64,000 bases of DNA, taken from positions 59,024,001 through 59,088,000 of the forward strand of contig NC_043013.1 in NCBI RefSeq assembly GCF_006345805.1. Reading direction: 5' to 3'. This stretch comes from Octopus sinensis (Eukaryota). A program made the position numbers and the translations under genes. The notes under the pieces are model-generated. The model was not told the origin of the DNA. It saw nothing but the letters and a program-made list of their open reading frames with translations, and did no database searches. Positions 11,429 through 23,944 of this stretch are shown piece by piece (positions within the stretch are counted from its first letter, which is position 1; each line of letters begins with the position of its first letter).

Positions 11429-11795
11429 CGCTCAGTCGAAGTCGACTCGATGGATCAGTGTCCTCCAGTCAGTTCTATCCTGGGCCGCTTCTTTCAGATT
11501 GGCTGTGTCCATTCCGGTATCACTCTTGATGGTGTCAAGCCAGCGGGTTCTTGATCGGCCTCTTCCTCTCTTGCCACTGACCATTCCGAGCATGATGTCC
11601 TTCTCCAGGGATTTTCTCCGCATAATATGACCAAAATATGCCAATCTATGCTTGGTGATCCTAGCTTCTTGCGACATTTTCGTCCTGATCTGTTTAAGAA
11701 CTTCTCCATTGGTGAGCCTCGCTCTCCATGGAATCCGTAAAAGTCTTCTCCCACACCAAAGCTCGAATGCATTAATTCTCTTCTGGTCATATAGA
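11280..11795 (-). mobile_element. 5'-truncated RTE (BovB-like) LINE with (GATA)/(GACA)n tail
   Basis: RINAFELWCGRRLLRIPW...RLAYFGHIMRR...[17 protein letters not shown]; tail microsatellite 11280-11428. Confidence 0.9.
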
Positions 11796-12839
11796 AACAA
11801 TATATGATCTTTGTGCACGAATTAAAGAATATAAAATTTAGGAAGCGTTATAATGAGTTCCTAAACAAACTGAACCAAAAATTAAAGGACAAAAAATTTT
11901 AGCCAATCATAAGTGAAGTCAGTCAAGAATAAAAGTAGTATATATGTAAACAACAAACCATTGTACATTGGACACGTCGCTAATTCAGTCACAGAAAAGT
12001 GGAATGGAATACACTTAAGTAGACACACAATCAAAGATTGAAAATAACGTCGGAATTAGATACAACATATTGATTGGAACCATGAATACTCAATCACATC
12101 ACTTTTAAAGGTTTTAAGCGAAATTGCCTACAGGAATATATCATTCGCTTAATTAACCCCGCCATAACAGACATCGGTAAAATCAGCAAAACTCCATTAA
12201 ATCTAATAATCTCATAAACAAGTATCAACTCGAAGCAGCTATCAGTTCTGTCACTTTAGAATAATGCATACAATTATAGAAGCGACTAAATCTATACCTA
12301 GAGTGGAACAATACAAGGTCCTACAGCTTAATATACAGGAGTATTACTAATCTATCGCTAAGCCTTTACTTATGAGCGCCCTAGAACTATCACGAGCAAA
12401 AGGAAGAAAATTGTTGCTTGTTCGACAAACAACTTTACAATATGATAAAGCAATACGAATTTTAAATCTACATCTATTCCATTTCATAACAGTATGGGGA
12501 CGTATTATTCAGCTGAGGTGAGTGATTTAGGAGGTTTTTACCACCAGTTAAAGAGTTATGAAAAATAAAACCCGTTCTTTAAAAATGGCATATTTAAAAT
12601 ACTAACCGAAGAGAATATCACTGAAGCCACCCTACTGTAAATGTGAATAATTTGCCATTTTATTCATGCTGTAAACAAAATTAAACCCTTGTTTATATAA
12701 AAAAAAAACAATCATATCATCCTAAAACTATCATTAATAATATAATTAAAATCACACCTTTAAAGTTTCAACCAAGAGAAATCTTGACCGTCGTAGCCAT
12801 TTTTGTAAGGACTCCCTGATCAAAAACATAAAGTTTCAA

Positions 12840-13700
12840 TGAAAGTAGAAGACACAGGCAGGAATGTTTCAACTGTATCATAGACAAAAAAATGTATTCT
12901 GAATGTTCAGATACTATAAGGACACCATAATTCATCCCACAGATTCAAAACATTGATAATGGTTCTAGAAAATTAATGAGGGTCATCACGAAAGGACTTC
13001 AGATGAAATAGTAGTGTATGAAGAACATTCGATACTAGTCATATCTACTGAGGAGTGGCAAATGCATTGTCTGTCAAGTGGTTACTTAACAAGGTTAAAA
13101 ACCCTCAGGAACATAACAGGCTTTGATTCTTCTCTACTGAGAAAAACTTCAGCCAAGACCAAAAGAGTAACAGAAGAAATGATAGATGGTTTTGTGTAGA
13201 TCCTTCCGATGTTCCCAAGAATGATGGAGATTCTGTTTCCAACAACTGGAATGGTTTTAGGAGTTGTGAGTAATGAAATTCGTGCCATGCTACCTCATGT
13301 CTTTTCACAGGATATAAGGATCAATACTGCTGGATAATTTAAGATACTGATGACAGTTGGATGGATGAGTGTGGAGTGGAAGGCTATTACATGTTTCAGC
13401 AAGATTCAGTAGATTCTCACGAAACTTATATAATCCAAGAAAGGATGTCAAACAGTATTTTCAAACATGTAACACCGAACATGTAGCATTCAAACTGATT
13501 TAAATCCCATGGGTCATTATATTTGGAGCTTGTTGAAATGGTAGCTAATCGACATTTTCAATCACAAGTTTGCCACTGTTCAGGTGATTTCCAAAATGAA
13601 AAAGCACCATTTAGTGTAGGCATGTCAACAATTCTCATCTTTCATTGAAGCAGTTATCAAAACTGAAGGCAGATTCACAGAATAATCTTATAAGAAAGCT
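12840..13700 (+). pseudogene. Decayed Tc1/mariner transposase, DD37D (maT)-like
   Basis: FFSTEKNFSQDQKSNRRNDRWFCVDPSDVP, MVLGVVSNE, YMFQQDS, DLNPMGHYIWS with stops and frameshifts. Confidence 0.8.
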
Positions 13701-14285
13701 TATCGAGAACACGAGCACAAATTTTTATTAAAATGCATTTGATTTTTGTTAGATTAGAATAGTTTTATTAAATTTTTTAAAATGTCCTCAAATATTTTTG
13801 CACTTTGTAGTTAAAGGAAAATTCTCAACTTCAGAGTAACGTGTGTTTTATGTGTGAAACATATGAGCTGGGCAGGTTGTCCCATATCCATTACTAGTAT
13901 GTGGGTTTGTGACCCATTCATGTACTTATGTGTGTGTGTGTGTGTTGTGTGTCTTTCCTTCAACTCTTCCTATGCATACGTGTGTACATGTACACTTGTG
14001 TAAATAAGAAACCTGCTATGTAATTCTATACATTCAAATGTTTTATGAGAATACAGACTTGTATATGTGAATAATGCTAATGTAAAGTTACTTGCTAGGG
14101 TTGTTGACCTGGAGAACAACAACAAATATCCCTCCCTGCATTTTAACAGGCCAGTATCCCTCCCCTTCTCTCATTTTTCTTAATTTCTGATCCCACTCCA
14201 AAATTTCTTTATTTCCTACTATCCTTCTGCAGGCATTCATAACCTGCCTCACTCACACCTCTGTCATTGACTCACAGATGAATTG

Positions 14286-14338
<53 letters not shown>

Positions 14339-14802
14339 TTCTCTATTTCTCTCTCTTTCTCTCTTTCTCTCTCTCTCTCTATCTCTCTCTCTTTCTCTTC
14401 TCTCTTTTCAACCTCCATTATAATAGCCTCTACTCTTCAGATCTGGCTGGGCTCTGACCACCTGTACACTGACATTCTTACCCTACTCATTCCTCTTCTT
14501 ATTACCTTGTTGTGTTCAACCCTTGGGCCCTTGCATTAATCAGAACACTCAATCTTTTCTTCCCAGAATGATGGCATTAATGCCCTTCTGGTGCATATCT
14601 TTCCCACAGTTGTTAACTTAGTTTCAAAAGGAACATCAATAACATCAATTTCACTATTCCAGGAGGATCTGAAGATGTCTTGGGCAATTTACTTTCCTCC
14701 AGCCCCAGCAAATTAAAAAGAAATACTTTTCCCTCCCCCAACACTTCCCTCCTATACATGCACATCAAATAATCATCTGCTTTTACCTACACTCTTTTAA
14801 TC

Positions 14803-15025
14803 TTTTACTCTTTTACTTGTTTCAGTCATTTGACTGCGGCCATGCTGGAGCACCACCTATAGTCTAGCAAATTGACCCCAGGAATTATTCTTTGTAAGCC
14901 TAGTACTTATTCTATTGGTCTCTTTTGCAGAACTGCTAAGTTACTGGGGTGTAAACACACCAGCATCAGTTGTCAAGCAATGTTTGGGGGGGGGGACAAA
15001 CACACACACACACACACACACACAT
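14803..15025 (-). mobile_element. SINE family A, 3' half
   Basis: Reverse complement of the family-A tail. Confidence 0.85.
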
Positions 15026-15077
15026 TAGAAATCTTTTTTAGAATCCTCCAAATTAAAGGATGAAATTTAATTCAACC

Positions 15078-15126
<49 letters not shown>

Positions 15127-15188
15127 TAATGGCGGTGCATCAGCATGGCTGCAACTCTGAGCTGAAACTACAGAAAACAATATATATA

Positions 15189-15590
15189 GGCGCAGGAGAG
15201 GTTGTGCGGTAAATAGCTTGCTTACCAACCACATGGTTCTGAGTTCAGTCTCACTGCATGGCACCTTGGGCAAGTGTTTTCTACTATAGCTTCAGGCCAA
15301 CCAAGGCCTTGTGAGTGGATTCGGTAGATGGAAACTGAAAGAAGCCCATTGTGTTTATGGATGTATATGTGAATGTGTCTTTCTGTCTGTGTTTGTCCTC
15401 TCACCACCACTTGACAACTGGTGTTGGTGCATTTGTGTCCCATAACTTAGTGGTTTGACAAAAGAGACTGATAGAGTAAGTACCAGGTTTAAAAAATAAG
15501 TACTGGGGCCAATTAATTTGACTAAAAATTCAAGCAGTGCTCCAGCATGGCCACAGTCTAATGACTGAGACAAGTAAGAGATAAAAGATA
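15189..15590 (+). mobile_element. SINE family A, full length
   Basis: GGCGCAGGAG head through GAAACAAG-type tail. Confidence 0.88.
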
Positions 15591-16249
15591 ATCAAATTGC
15601 TTATAGAACAATGACCACCTAGAGAGAGACATACAGAACAACAACCTTTACACCTACCCAAATCCTTTTGTGAACATCAAAGCACAAGAGAACCAATTTT
15701 CTATACTAACAACCTTATGACATGCCTGACTTATAATCCCTACCTTCGAAATTAAAAGGGGAAATACTCTAAATAACGACAATAACAAGTAAAGAAACTG
15801 ACCAGTTAAAGCATACCGCCTATTTACACTCTTTTGTGAAATCCTTAAACAAGAAGTCCATTACAAAAAAGTTGACATATCCAATTGCTAAGATTTAAAT
15901 AGTGGATTTTGTACCCTTTGATCTTTAGGTTGTCAAAGCAAAGGATTAAATCCAATAAAACCAAAAATAAAACTACTGACATAACTTGTACCTATCTAAC
16001 AAAAGAGACACACCTAAATGTTGACATAGTAAAAATTTTTCTAAAACACCTCTCCATAACAGCCAATCATAAAAACCTAAGTACCACTCCACTCAAACCC
16101 ACACACCCAAAGAAGATTTTAACTCAACAGAGATTGTATAAAGCCGTGACTAACTCTAATGCACTGCAGTCCCGATGGTGGCTTACCTGGCCAAAACTTC
16201 GAAGTCACTGACAACAACATTCTTGTTTAAGAATAAATAAATTTGTACT

Positions 16250-16760
16250 CTACAAAAAGATAGAGGAACCCATCTGATTAATGTTAAGCAACTGACCCCG
16301 AATGGGAAGATCTGCAAACAGATCTCTGACTTGTTTTGGAGAATCTGTTGCATTTGCTTTCTCCAGAGTCATATCCCAATGATGATCATATTTGTCACAA
16401 AAATTCCTGTAAAAAGTATCGTCAAAAATCAATCACAATAATGAAAACATAGGAATCCAAAATTTCAGGATTGCAGGTCTGAAATCAGCCCAGAATGTTT
16501 TAAATATTGTTATCGTACAAAAAAAAATTGTCACAAAAAGTCACATAAAAAAATTCACTGGAAACAATCACAGTAATGAAAACTTGCAAATCCAATATTT
16601 CAGGATTGTGGGGTCTGGATTTGGCCTGGAATGTTCTTAATTTACTAATGGAGTCAGCTAGATTCCAAAATGATTTGATATGTTGGGCTACGGCCTCTTG
16701 GAGTAAAATTGAAAAAGTGTGACACACTGACACACACATTTATTATATTATATTATATTA
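16250..16760 (-). mobile_element. Non-autonomous Helitron fragment with a RepHel relic
   Basis: HWDMTLEKANATDSPKQVRDLFA resembles the RepHel motif HWDxTLEEA...SPxQLRxLFA; 5' TAATATAATAAATGTGTGTGTCAG block. Confidence 0.65.
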
Positions 16761-16770
16761 TATTATATTA

Positions 16771-17412
16771 TATCCCTGGCCTGGTGGTACGTAAAAAGCA
16801 CTATCCGACTCATGGCCGTGGCACGTAAAATACTCCAATGCGACCGTACGACAGGCACCCATGCCAACCTCCTTTGCTTGTGAAGACATGTTGGGGCAAG
16901 CGAAATCGAAATCGAAATCGAATTGAACCAGCCAGGATCCCTGGTCTGGTGGTACGTAAAAAGCACTATCCGACTCGTGGCCGTGGCACGTAAAATACTC
17001 CAATGCGACCGTATGACAGGCACCCTTGCCAACCCCCTTTGCTTGTGAAGACATGTTGGGGCAAGCGAAATCGAAATCGAATTGAACCAGCCAGGATCCC
17101 TGGTCTGGTGGTACGTAAAAAGCACTATCCAACTCGTGGCCGATGCCAGCACCGCCCGTCTGGCTTCCGTGCCGGTGGCACATAAAATACACCAATCTGA
17201 CCGTGGCCGTTGCCAGCCCCGCCTGGCACCTGTGCAGGTGGCACGTAAAAAGCACCCACTACACTCACGGAGTGGTTGGCGTTAGGAAGGGCATCCAGCT
17301 GTAGAAACATTGCCAAATTAGACTGGAGCCTGGTGCAGCCTTCTGGCTTCCCAGAACCCCGGTCGAACCGTCCAACCCATGCTAGCATGGAGAACGGACG
17401 TTAAACGACGAT
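16771..17412 (+). mobile_element. RTE LINE 3' UTR fragment with internal tandem amplification
   Basis: Homologous to 58457-59135; units start at ~16772, 16937 and 17096. Confidence 0.85.
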
Positions 17413-17434
17413 ATCATATTATTATATTATATTA

Positions 17435-17640
17435 AGGTGGCAAACTGGCAGAATTGTTAGTGAAATGCTTAGCGGTATTTCGTCTGCTGTCAGGTTTTGA
17501 GTTCAAATTCTCCTGAGGCCAACTTTGCCTTTTATCCTTGCAGGGTCGATAAAATTAGTACCAGTTATGTACTGAGGTCGATGTAATCGACTTAATCCCC
17601 TTCCTCAAAATTTGAGGCCTTGTACTTCCAGTAAAATGGA
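17435..17640 (+). mobile_element. SINE family B copy
   Basis: GGCAAACTGGCAGAA head, GAGTTCAAATTC B-box. Confidence 0.8.
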
Positions 17641-17654
17641 TTTATTAAAGTTGT

Positions 17655-17694
17655 AAAAGTGTGACACACTGACACACACATTTATTATATTAGA
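17655..17694 (-). mobile_element. Helitron 5' terminus (duplicate of ~16716-16760)
   Basis: A|TCTAATATAATAAATGTGTGTGTCAGTGTGTCACACTTTT. Confidence 0.6.
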
Positions 17695-17959
17695 TGTTTA
17701 ATTTTAGGAAAACTTTATTTCATTGAAAGTGTATTTCATAGATATATGTGTGCATGTGTGTGTATGTATATATATGTGTGTGTGTGTGTATGTGTGTATT
17801 AAAGAAAGCAAAAAATAAAACAAAAATGATAGTGTTCAGTATGTTGGCGATAGGAATATCTGTCAAAGAGACATGGTTAAACAAAATTGTACATCATCTC
17901 CCTCTTTCTCTCTCTTTTATTATTACTCCCACTGTCACCATCAACACTGCTACTTTTAA

Positions 17960-18191
17960 TAAAACATCAACTCTCCCTAAATTTCTTTGTCTCTCTTTCT
18001 CTCCTTCTCTTTTTCTTTATCTCTCTCTATCTCTCTCTCTGTCTTCACCACCACCCTCACTGTCTCTATGCCTACTATTACTCTCACCCCATCATGAGGA
18101 ATAGTAGAAGTGTCATTGAATGATGAGGGAGGCGGTCTAAATGTGGGCACACTGACACACAGAAACTAGTTTACGCATTTATTATATTAGA
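17960..18191 (-). mobile_element. Helitron-like 5' fragment; internal part shared with 28450-28600
   Basis: A|TCTAATATAATAAATGCG terminus; shared CACCACCCTCACTGTCTCTATG...ATGAGGGAGGC block. Confidence 0.55.
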
Positions 18192-18210
18192 TAATATATA
18201 TATATATATT

Positions 18211-18262
<52 letters not shown>

Positions 18263-18301
18263 AAGAGAGGAGATAGATAGATAGATAGATAGATACATAC
18301 A

Positions 18302-18333
<32 letters not shown>

Positions 18334-18676
18334 CATATATATACATATATATACATATATATATATATATATTATATATATATATACAATGGCAAGTGGG
18401 CCCCTGCACCATTAGAATCCATATATGGGAGCCCATGTTAGTATTTAAGGGGCCCAACCCCTCAAGTTTGAGAATTTATTATTCACTCCTGGAAGAATGC
18501 ATTATATCAGCCTGGCTGTGTTGTAGACAGTTGAAAAGAATACTTTTAACAGAAACAAAAAAATAAATAATGGTATTGTAGTTGCAGGTTGTGAGTGGGC
18601 CCCCTTAGTCTCCTGGCAACCAATATTTTTAGACCCAGTCAGCCACTATATATATATATATAGTTTAATGCTCGGG

Positions 18677-18710
<34 letters not shown>

Positions 18711-18872
18711 ACACACACACACACATATAGAGAGGGGATGTTTTTTTTAATAATTACATGGAAGGGAAATAGTGCATGAAAGAAATTAAAAGAAAGTGAA
18801 GAAAAAGTCAGTAAAATAAATAAATATAAATATAAATATAAAGGTTATTAATTCTTTAACTGACTGTCACTA

Positions 18873-18899
18873 CCAGCAGCAGCAGCAGTTGTGGTGGTG

Positions 18900-18948
<49 letters not shown>

Positions 18949-19165
18949 CAGCAGAAGTAGTAGTAGTAGTACTGGTGGTGGTGGTGGTGGTGGTGGTGGT
19001 GGTAGTAGTAGTAGTGTTGGAGGTGGCTATCATCCTCGTGGTGGTAGTGGTGATGGTGGCAATGATGGAAAATAGTTATGGGAAAGGGCATGGTGGTGGT
19101 ACTGGTGGTGATGAGAATGGTGTCAGCGGTTTTAGTGGTGGTGGTGGTGGTGGTGGTAGTGGTAG
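18873..19165. repeat. Compound trinucleotide microsatellite (GCA/GTG/GTA)n
   Basis: Direct reading. Confidence 0.95.
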
Positions 19166-19314
19166 AAATTGTGATGGCATTAGCATAAACAAACATCAAA
19201 ATTTGTTCCAATGTGCCGTGGTGTTACCTTACAAAAACTTAACATTTAGGAAGAGGGGGGAAACAACCAGTTCAAATGACTGTCCCTCTTTTCTTCACAG
19301 ATTATTTATTTTAT

Positions 19315-19445
19315 CCCCACCCCACCCTTGAAGGATGGAAAGTAAAGTCGACCAAGGCAGGATTTGAACTCAGAACAAATTTACCCCACTAAATACTGTA
19401 AGACATTTGGCTGTGACTCTCCTGATTTTACCTATCCACTGTCTT
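19315..19445 (-). mobile_element. SINE family B, degenerate
   Basis: AAAGTCGACCAAGGCAGGATTTGAACTCAGAAC. Confidence 0.65.
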
Positions 19446-20038
19446 CAATTGTGCAATAATTAACACAGACTTGCTATTATTATTCATGAGTGTTAACAAA
19501 ACTGGTTTTTCTTCTCAGCTTTACTTTCTTTTCCATGCAGAAAAACATTGCGTATATATGTACATGTGTGTGTGTGTGTGCGCGTGTGCGTGTGTGTGTA
19601 GGGTGTCCACCAAAAAATGTAAATCCATGTTGATTGCTTTTGAAGTCAGGGTTTATTAAAATTCATTTTTGCTTTCAAAATTGAATAGAATACACAAAAA
19701 GGATTTAATATTTCTATAAATGCCTGTTTTCAAACTATTGACTATTTTTGTACACCTATTGCTGATAATGTGAAGTAATGGAATCACAAAAATTCCATTC
19801 GGTACTTGTGTTCATGGTTTTCCAATGGTTGCCCTGAATTCATTGATTGTTGCTGGTTTTGGACAGCAAAATTTATCATTTAAGTATCTTCATATAAAAA
19901 GATCTGGTGGAGTGAGGTTCAGAGAGCACAGAGTATTTTACGCCTTATTACATCTCCATTATCATATTTCTCCCTGCTTCCCCCCACTCTCTCTCTCTCT
20001 GTTTCATGTATGCAGATGTATATACACATATATACATG

Positions 20039-20071
<33 letters not shown>

Positions 20072-20215
20072 GAAGGGCATCCAGCTGTAGAAACATTGCC
20101 AGATTAGACTGGAGCCTGGTGCAGCCTTCTGGCTTCCCAGATCCCCGGTCGAACCGTCCAACCCATGCTAGCATGGAGAACGGACGTTAAACGATGATGA
20201 TGATGATGATGATGA
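20072..20215 (+). mobile_element. RTE 3'-end fragment with (GAT)n tail
   Basis: AAGGGCATCCAGCTGTAG...GGACGTTAAACGATGATG. Confidence 0.85.
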
Positions 20216-20262
20216 TATATATATATATATATATATATACATACATATATATATGTATATAT

Positions 20263-21224
20263 AGGAATACGAAAAATGGGACAAGGACACAAAACATCCA
20301 GACAGCTAGATGATACAAAAAAGAGACAACAAAATATCCAGATAGATGATACAAAAGAGGGACAAGAGAAAACATGGATGGGTCATTTGAAGTTTTCTTT
20401 CCTCAGGTGAGTTCTAGATTATTTTTGCAATTTCAGTTGGTTATACTCGAGATTGCTCCAATCTGGCCAGCCCCAAGGTAAAACTAAGCTAAGAGTATTA
20501 GATTTCTTGGAAGAAAGCAGCGAATGTATATGAAAACAAGAATGGAAGAAAAAATGGAGAAATGGTACACAAATACAAATGCAAATAACAGGACATAACA
20601 ACAGGTGTCTTTCGACTAAGGATGAATTAAATTAAACTGGCATGTGTGAAAGTGAAACCTTACAGCAGGGACATAAGAGATGACAGGCATTGGGAGGAAT
20701 ATAGATGTTGCATGGATGGTAGTCGAACCAAGAAAGAAAGGTCAGGCTTGGCCAAACACTGGTCACGTGGAGAGAAAGAAGAGAGGTAGAGGCAGAGGGA
20801 TAGAAGAACTAGGGAGAGAGTGAAGTGAAAGAAGAAGGAAGGTGAGAATGAAGAGAAAGCCAAGAAATGTGAGAGAGGAAGAATGAAAGAAAGAAGAGTG
20901 GAAAGAACAAAGTAAGTGTGAAGGGACTGATAGACAGAAAGAATGAAAGAATAAGAGAGTCATACAAAATTTATATATATATATGAGACCAAAGTGTACG
21001 TATGCCGCCATATGTATATAAAAAGGAATGCAAAAAATGGGACAAGGACGCAAAACATCCTGACAGCTAGATGATACAAAAAAGGGACAACAAAATATCC
21101 AGACAGATGATACAAAAGAGGGACAAGAAAAAACACGGATGAGACATTTGAAGTTTTCTTTCCTCAGTCGAGTTCCAGATTATCTTTGCAATTTTGGGTG
21201 GTTATACTTGAGATTGCTCCAATC
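20263..21224 (-). mobile_element. Non-coding element bounded by ~200-bp direct repeats (pLTR-like)
   Basis: 20263-20464 is similar to 21024-21224; each repeat has CUGAGGA-AAG aaaa CUU-CAAA on the minus strand. Confidence 0.65.
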
Positions 21225-21264
21225 TAGTCATAAATATATATATATATATACATTATATATATAT

Positions 21265-21490
21265 ATCACCATGATCAGCATGACCAACCAGGCTATCAGA
21301 TGTTGCTACACATTGCTGGTCACAATGCACTTTGCATTGTTTTAGCCTTCAAATGACACCACCCCTGCTAGCTAAGCAAGCAGGCCAACAGAAGAAAGAG
21401 AGAGAGAAAGTTGTGGCAAAAGAGTACAGCAGGGATCGCCACCACTCCCTGCCGAAGCCTCGCTGCCCTAACCACTTGACCATTGTGCCT
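21265..21490 (-). mobile_element. SINE family D, internally deleted
   Basis: Homologous to 37730-38031. Confidence 0.75.
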
Positions 21491-21531
21491 CCACACACAC
21501 ACACACACACACACATAATATATATATATAT

Positions 21532-21838
21532 CCGTGACCGACCAGGTTATCAGATGTTGTTACACATCACTGGTCACAATGCGCCTCGCATGTTTTTAGC
21601 CTTCAAATGGACACCACCTCGCTAGCTAATAAGCAGGCCAACAGAAGAAAGCAGAAAGAGAGAGAATTGAGAGAAAGTTGTGGCGAAGTATACATCAGGG
21701 ATCGGCCACCACCACCCTGCCGGAAGCCCGTGGAGCTTTAGGTGTTTTGCTCAATACACACTAACAAACCTCGGTCTGGAATGAAACCGTGATCCTACAA
21801 CCTCGAGTCTGCTGCCCTAACCAGGGCCATTGTGCCTC

Positions 21839-21841
<3 letters not shown>
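21532..21841 (-). mobile_element. SINE family D
   Basis: Homologous to 37730-38031. Confidence 0.85.
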
Positions 21842-21873
<32 letters not shown>

Positions 21874-21949
21874 GTATAATATACATATATCCATATACAT
21901 TACATACATATTATATTACAATATATATACATATATATAAACATATATA

Positions 21950-22009
<60 letters not shown>

Positions 22010-22366
22010 ATATAGGTGCAATATGGCTGCACATTAAGATATGTTCCCTTCCCAACTGCATGGTTCCAGGTTCAGTCACACCGCATGGCATCTTGGTCTG
22101 TTACCTTCTACTATAGCCTAGGGCCAACCAAAGCCTTGTGAGTGGATTTGGTAGATGGAAACTGAAATCTACCTGTGTGTATGTGTGTGTGGGTGTGAAT
22201 GTTTACATGTTCATGTCCCCCTTGTTTTGACACTGTGTGATAGGTTATCCATTTCATCAGGAGACAAAGATGAAAGAAGCAATGATGTTTATTCATTGAA
22301 ACAGCTGTTGTAAACGCTTAACTTGGATCATGCAAAATTTATGCTTTTCTTCAGTTTACTAACTCC

Positions 22367-22700
22367 AAATATGTTACTTCAAAATATCACGTGTGTTTAT
22401 GTGCATACACACACACATATATATATATATATATGTATATATAAACACACAAATATGTTACTTCAAAATATCACATGTGTTTATGTGCATACACACACAC
22501 ATACATATATATATATATGTATATATAAACACACAAATATGTTACTTCAAAATATCACGTGTGTTTATGTGCATACACACACACATATATATATATATAT
22601 ATGTATATATAAACACACAAATATGTTACTTCAAAATATCACGTGTGTTTATGTGCATACACACACATATATATATATATGTATATATAAACAGACACAC
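22367..22700. repeat. 84-bp tandem repeat x4 containing (CA)/(TA) microsatellite
   Basis: AAATATGTTACTTCAAAATATCAC starts at 22367, 22451, 22535 and 22619. Confidence 0.95.
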
Positions 22701-23155
22701 ACACAGAAGAAAGTAACATTAATTCACCAGGTCATTCAATATTTCTCTACCGATTAATGGGCCAGTTGAATAAACCAATAAATAATCAACTTATAACCAC
22801 TACTGGAAACAGCTGTAAGTCAAATTTATTGGTAAAGTAATACGCAATGACCATTGTTTATGTTTTGTCTTATATATCACTCTGTAAAAAAAAACAGTAT
22901 AACTGGAATACAACTATGGATCTACTGTATAGAACGATGATGAACTATCAACTCGGACTTTATCACAAGAATACTCAGAGTTCTTTGCTAATCTAAACAA
23001 TATTGTTATTTTGATGTACTAATAGAGAGCTTATAAGGTATTTTGTCCAGATTGATAATCTCTCACTAGTAACTTGGGTTTCTATGTATGTATGTATGTA
23101 TGTATGTATGTATATGTGTGTGGTGTATATATAATACATATATATATGATACATG

Positions 23156-23196
<41 letters not shown>

Positions 23197-23215
23197 TATC
23201 TATATATATATATAG

Positions 23216-23248
<33 letters not shown>

Positions 23249-23264
23249 TAACACACATATATAT

Positions 23265-23405
23265 ACATCATCATCATCATCATCGTTTAATGTCCGTTTT
23301 CCATGCCAGCATGGGTTGGACGGTTCGACCAAGGTCTTGGAAGCCAGGAGGCTGCACCAGGCTCCAGTCTGATCTGGCATTGTTTCTACAGCTGGATGCC
23401 CTTCC
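23265..23405 (-). mobile_element. RTE 3'-end fragment
   Basis: (CAT)n then CGTTTAATGTCCGTTTTCCATGCCAGC...GGATGCCCTTCC. Confidence 0.85.
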
Positions 23406-23434
23406 TATATATATACATATACATATATATATAT

Positions 23435-23944
23435 CACATGGAAAAATGCAAGCATGAAAAGTAATATTCTTAAGATTATAAACCTGGAAAAGTACAGGAC
23501 AAGTTATTACACCTGGAAAAGTATAGGACAAGCTATTACTTCTCGTAAACTAGAGAATAAGGAACTATTTACTTAAAATATTGCAGTAAAGAATGCCAGT
23601 TCTTCAAATTTATCGCTCTTTATAGTTCTCATCTTTTAAATTTATTGTACAAAACTGTTTAGTTAATTTGTAAGTTTGTCTAATTAGTCTTTGTTTCTGT
23701 ATTTAAGGTAGTAAATTAGCCAAATTCTACTTAAATAAGTATAGTGTTATTTGTAAACTATAATAAAATAATTTTTAATATTCAAATTTTAATTTTAGCT
23801 GCAATATTTTAAGTAAAAAGTTTCTTATTCTCTACTAGAAATAATAGTTTGTCCTATACTTTTACAGGTGTAATAACTTGTCCTGTACTTTTCCAGGTTT
23901 ATAATCATAAGAATATTACTTTTCATGCTTGCATTTTTCATATA
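23435..23944. mobile_element. Foldback MITE with ~150-bp imperfect TIRs, superfamily unassigned
   Basis: 23435-23586 is the reverse complement of ~23799-23944, with GGAAAAGTA(C/T)AGGACAAG subrepeats. Confidence 0.8.

Noticed and set aside
12494-12518. Plus-strand 25-nt microexon candidate MGTYYSAE (cag|...|gtgagt), myristoylation-like
   Set aside because: Too short to support; no partner exons found; next to a transposon relic
15620-16240. A/C-rich stretch resembling a decayed LINE ORF
   Set aside because: Only a vague APGPDG-like trace; not enough to call
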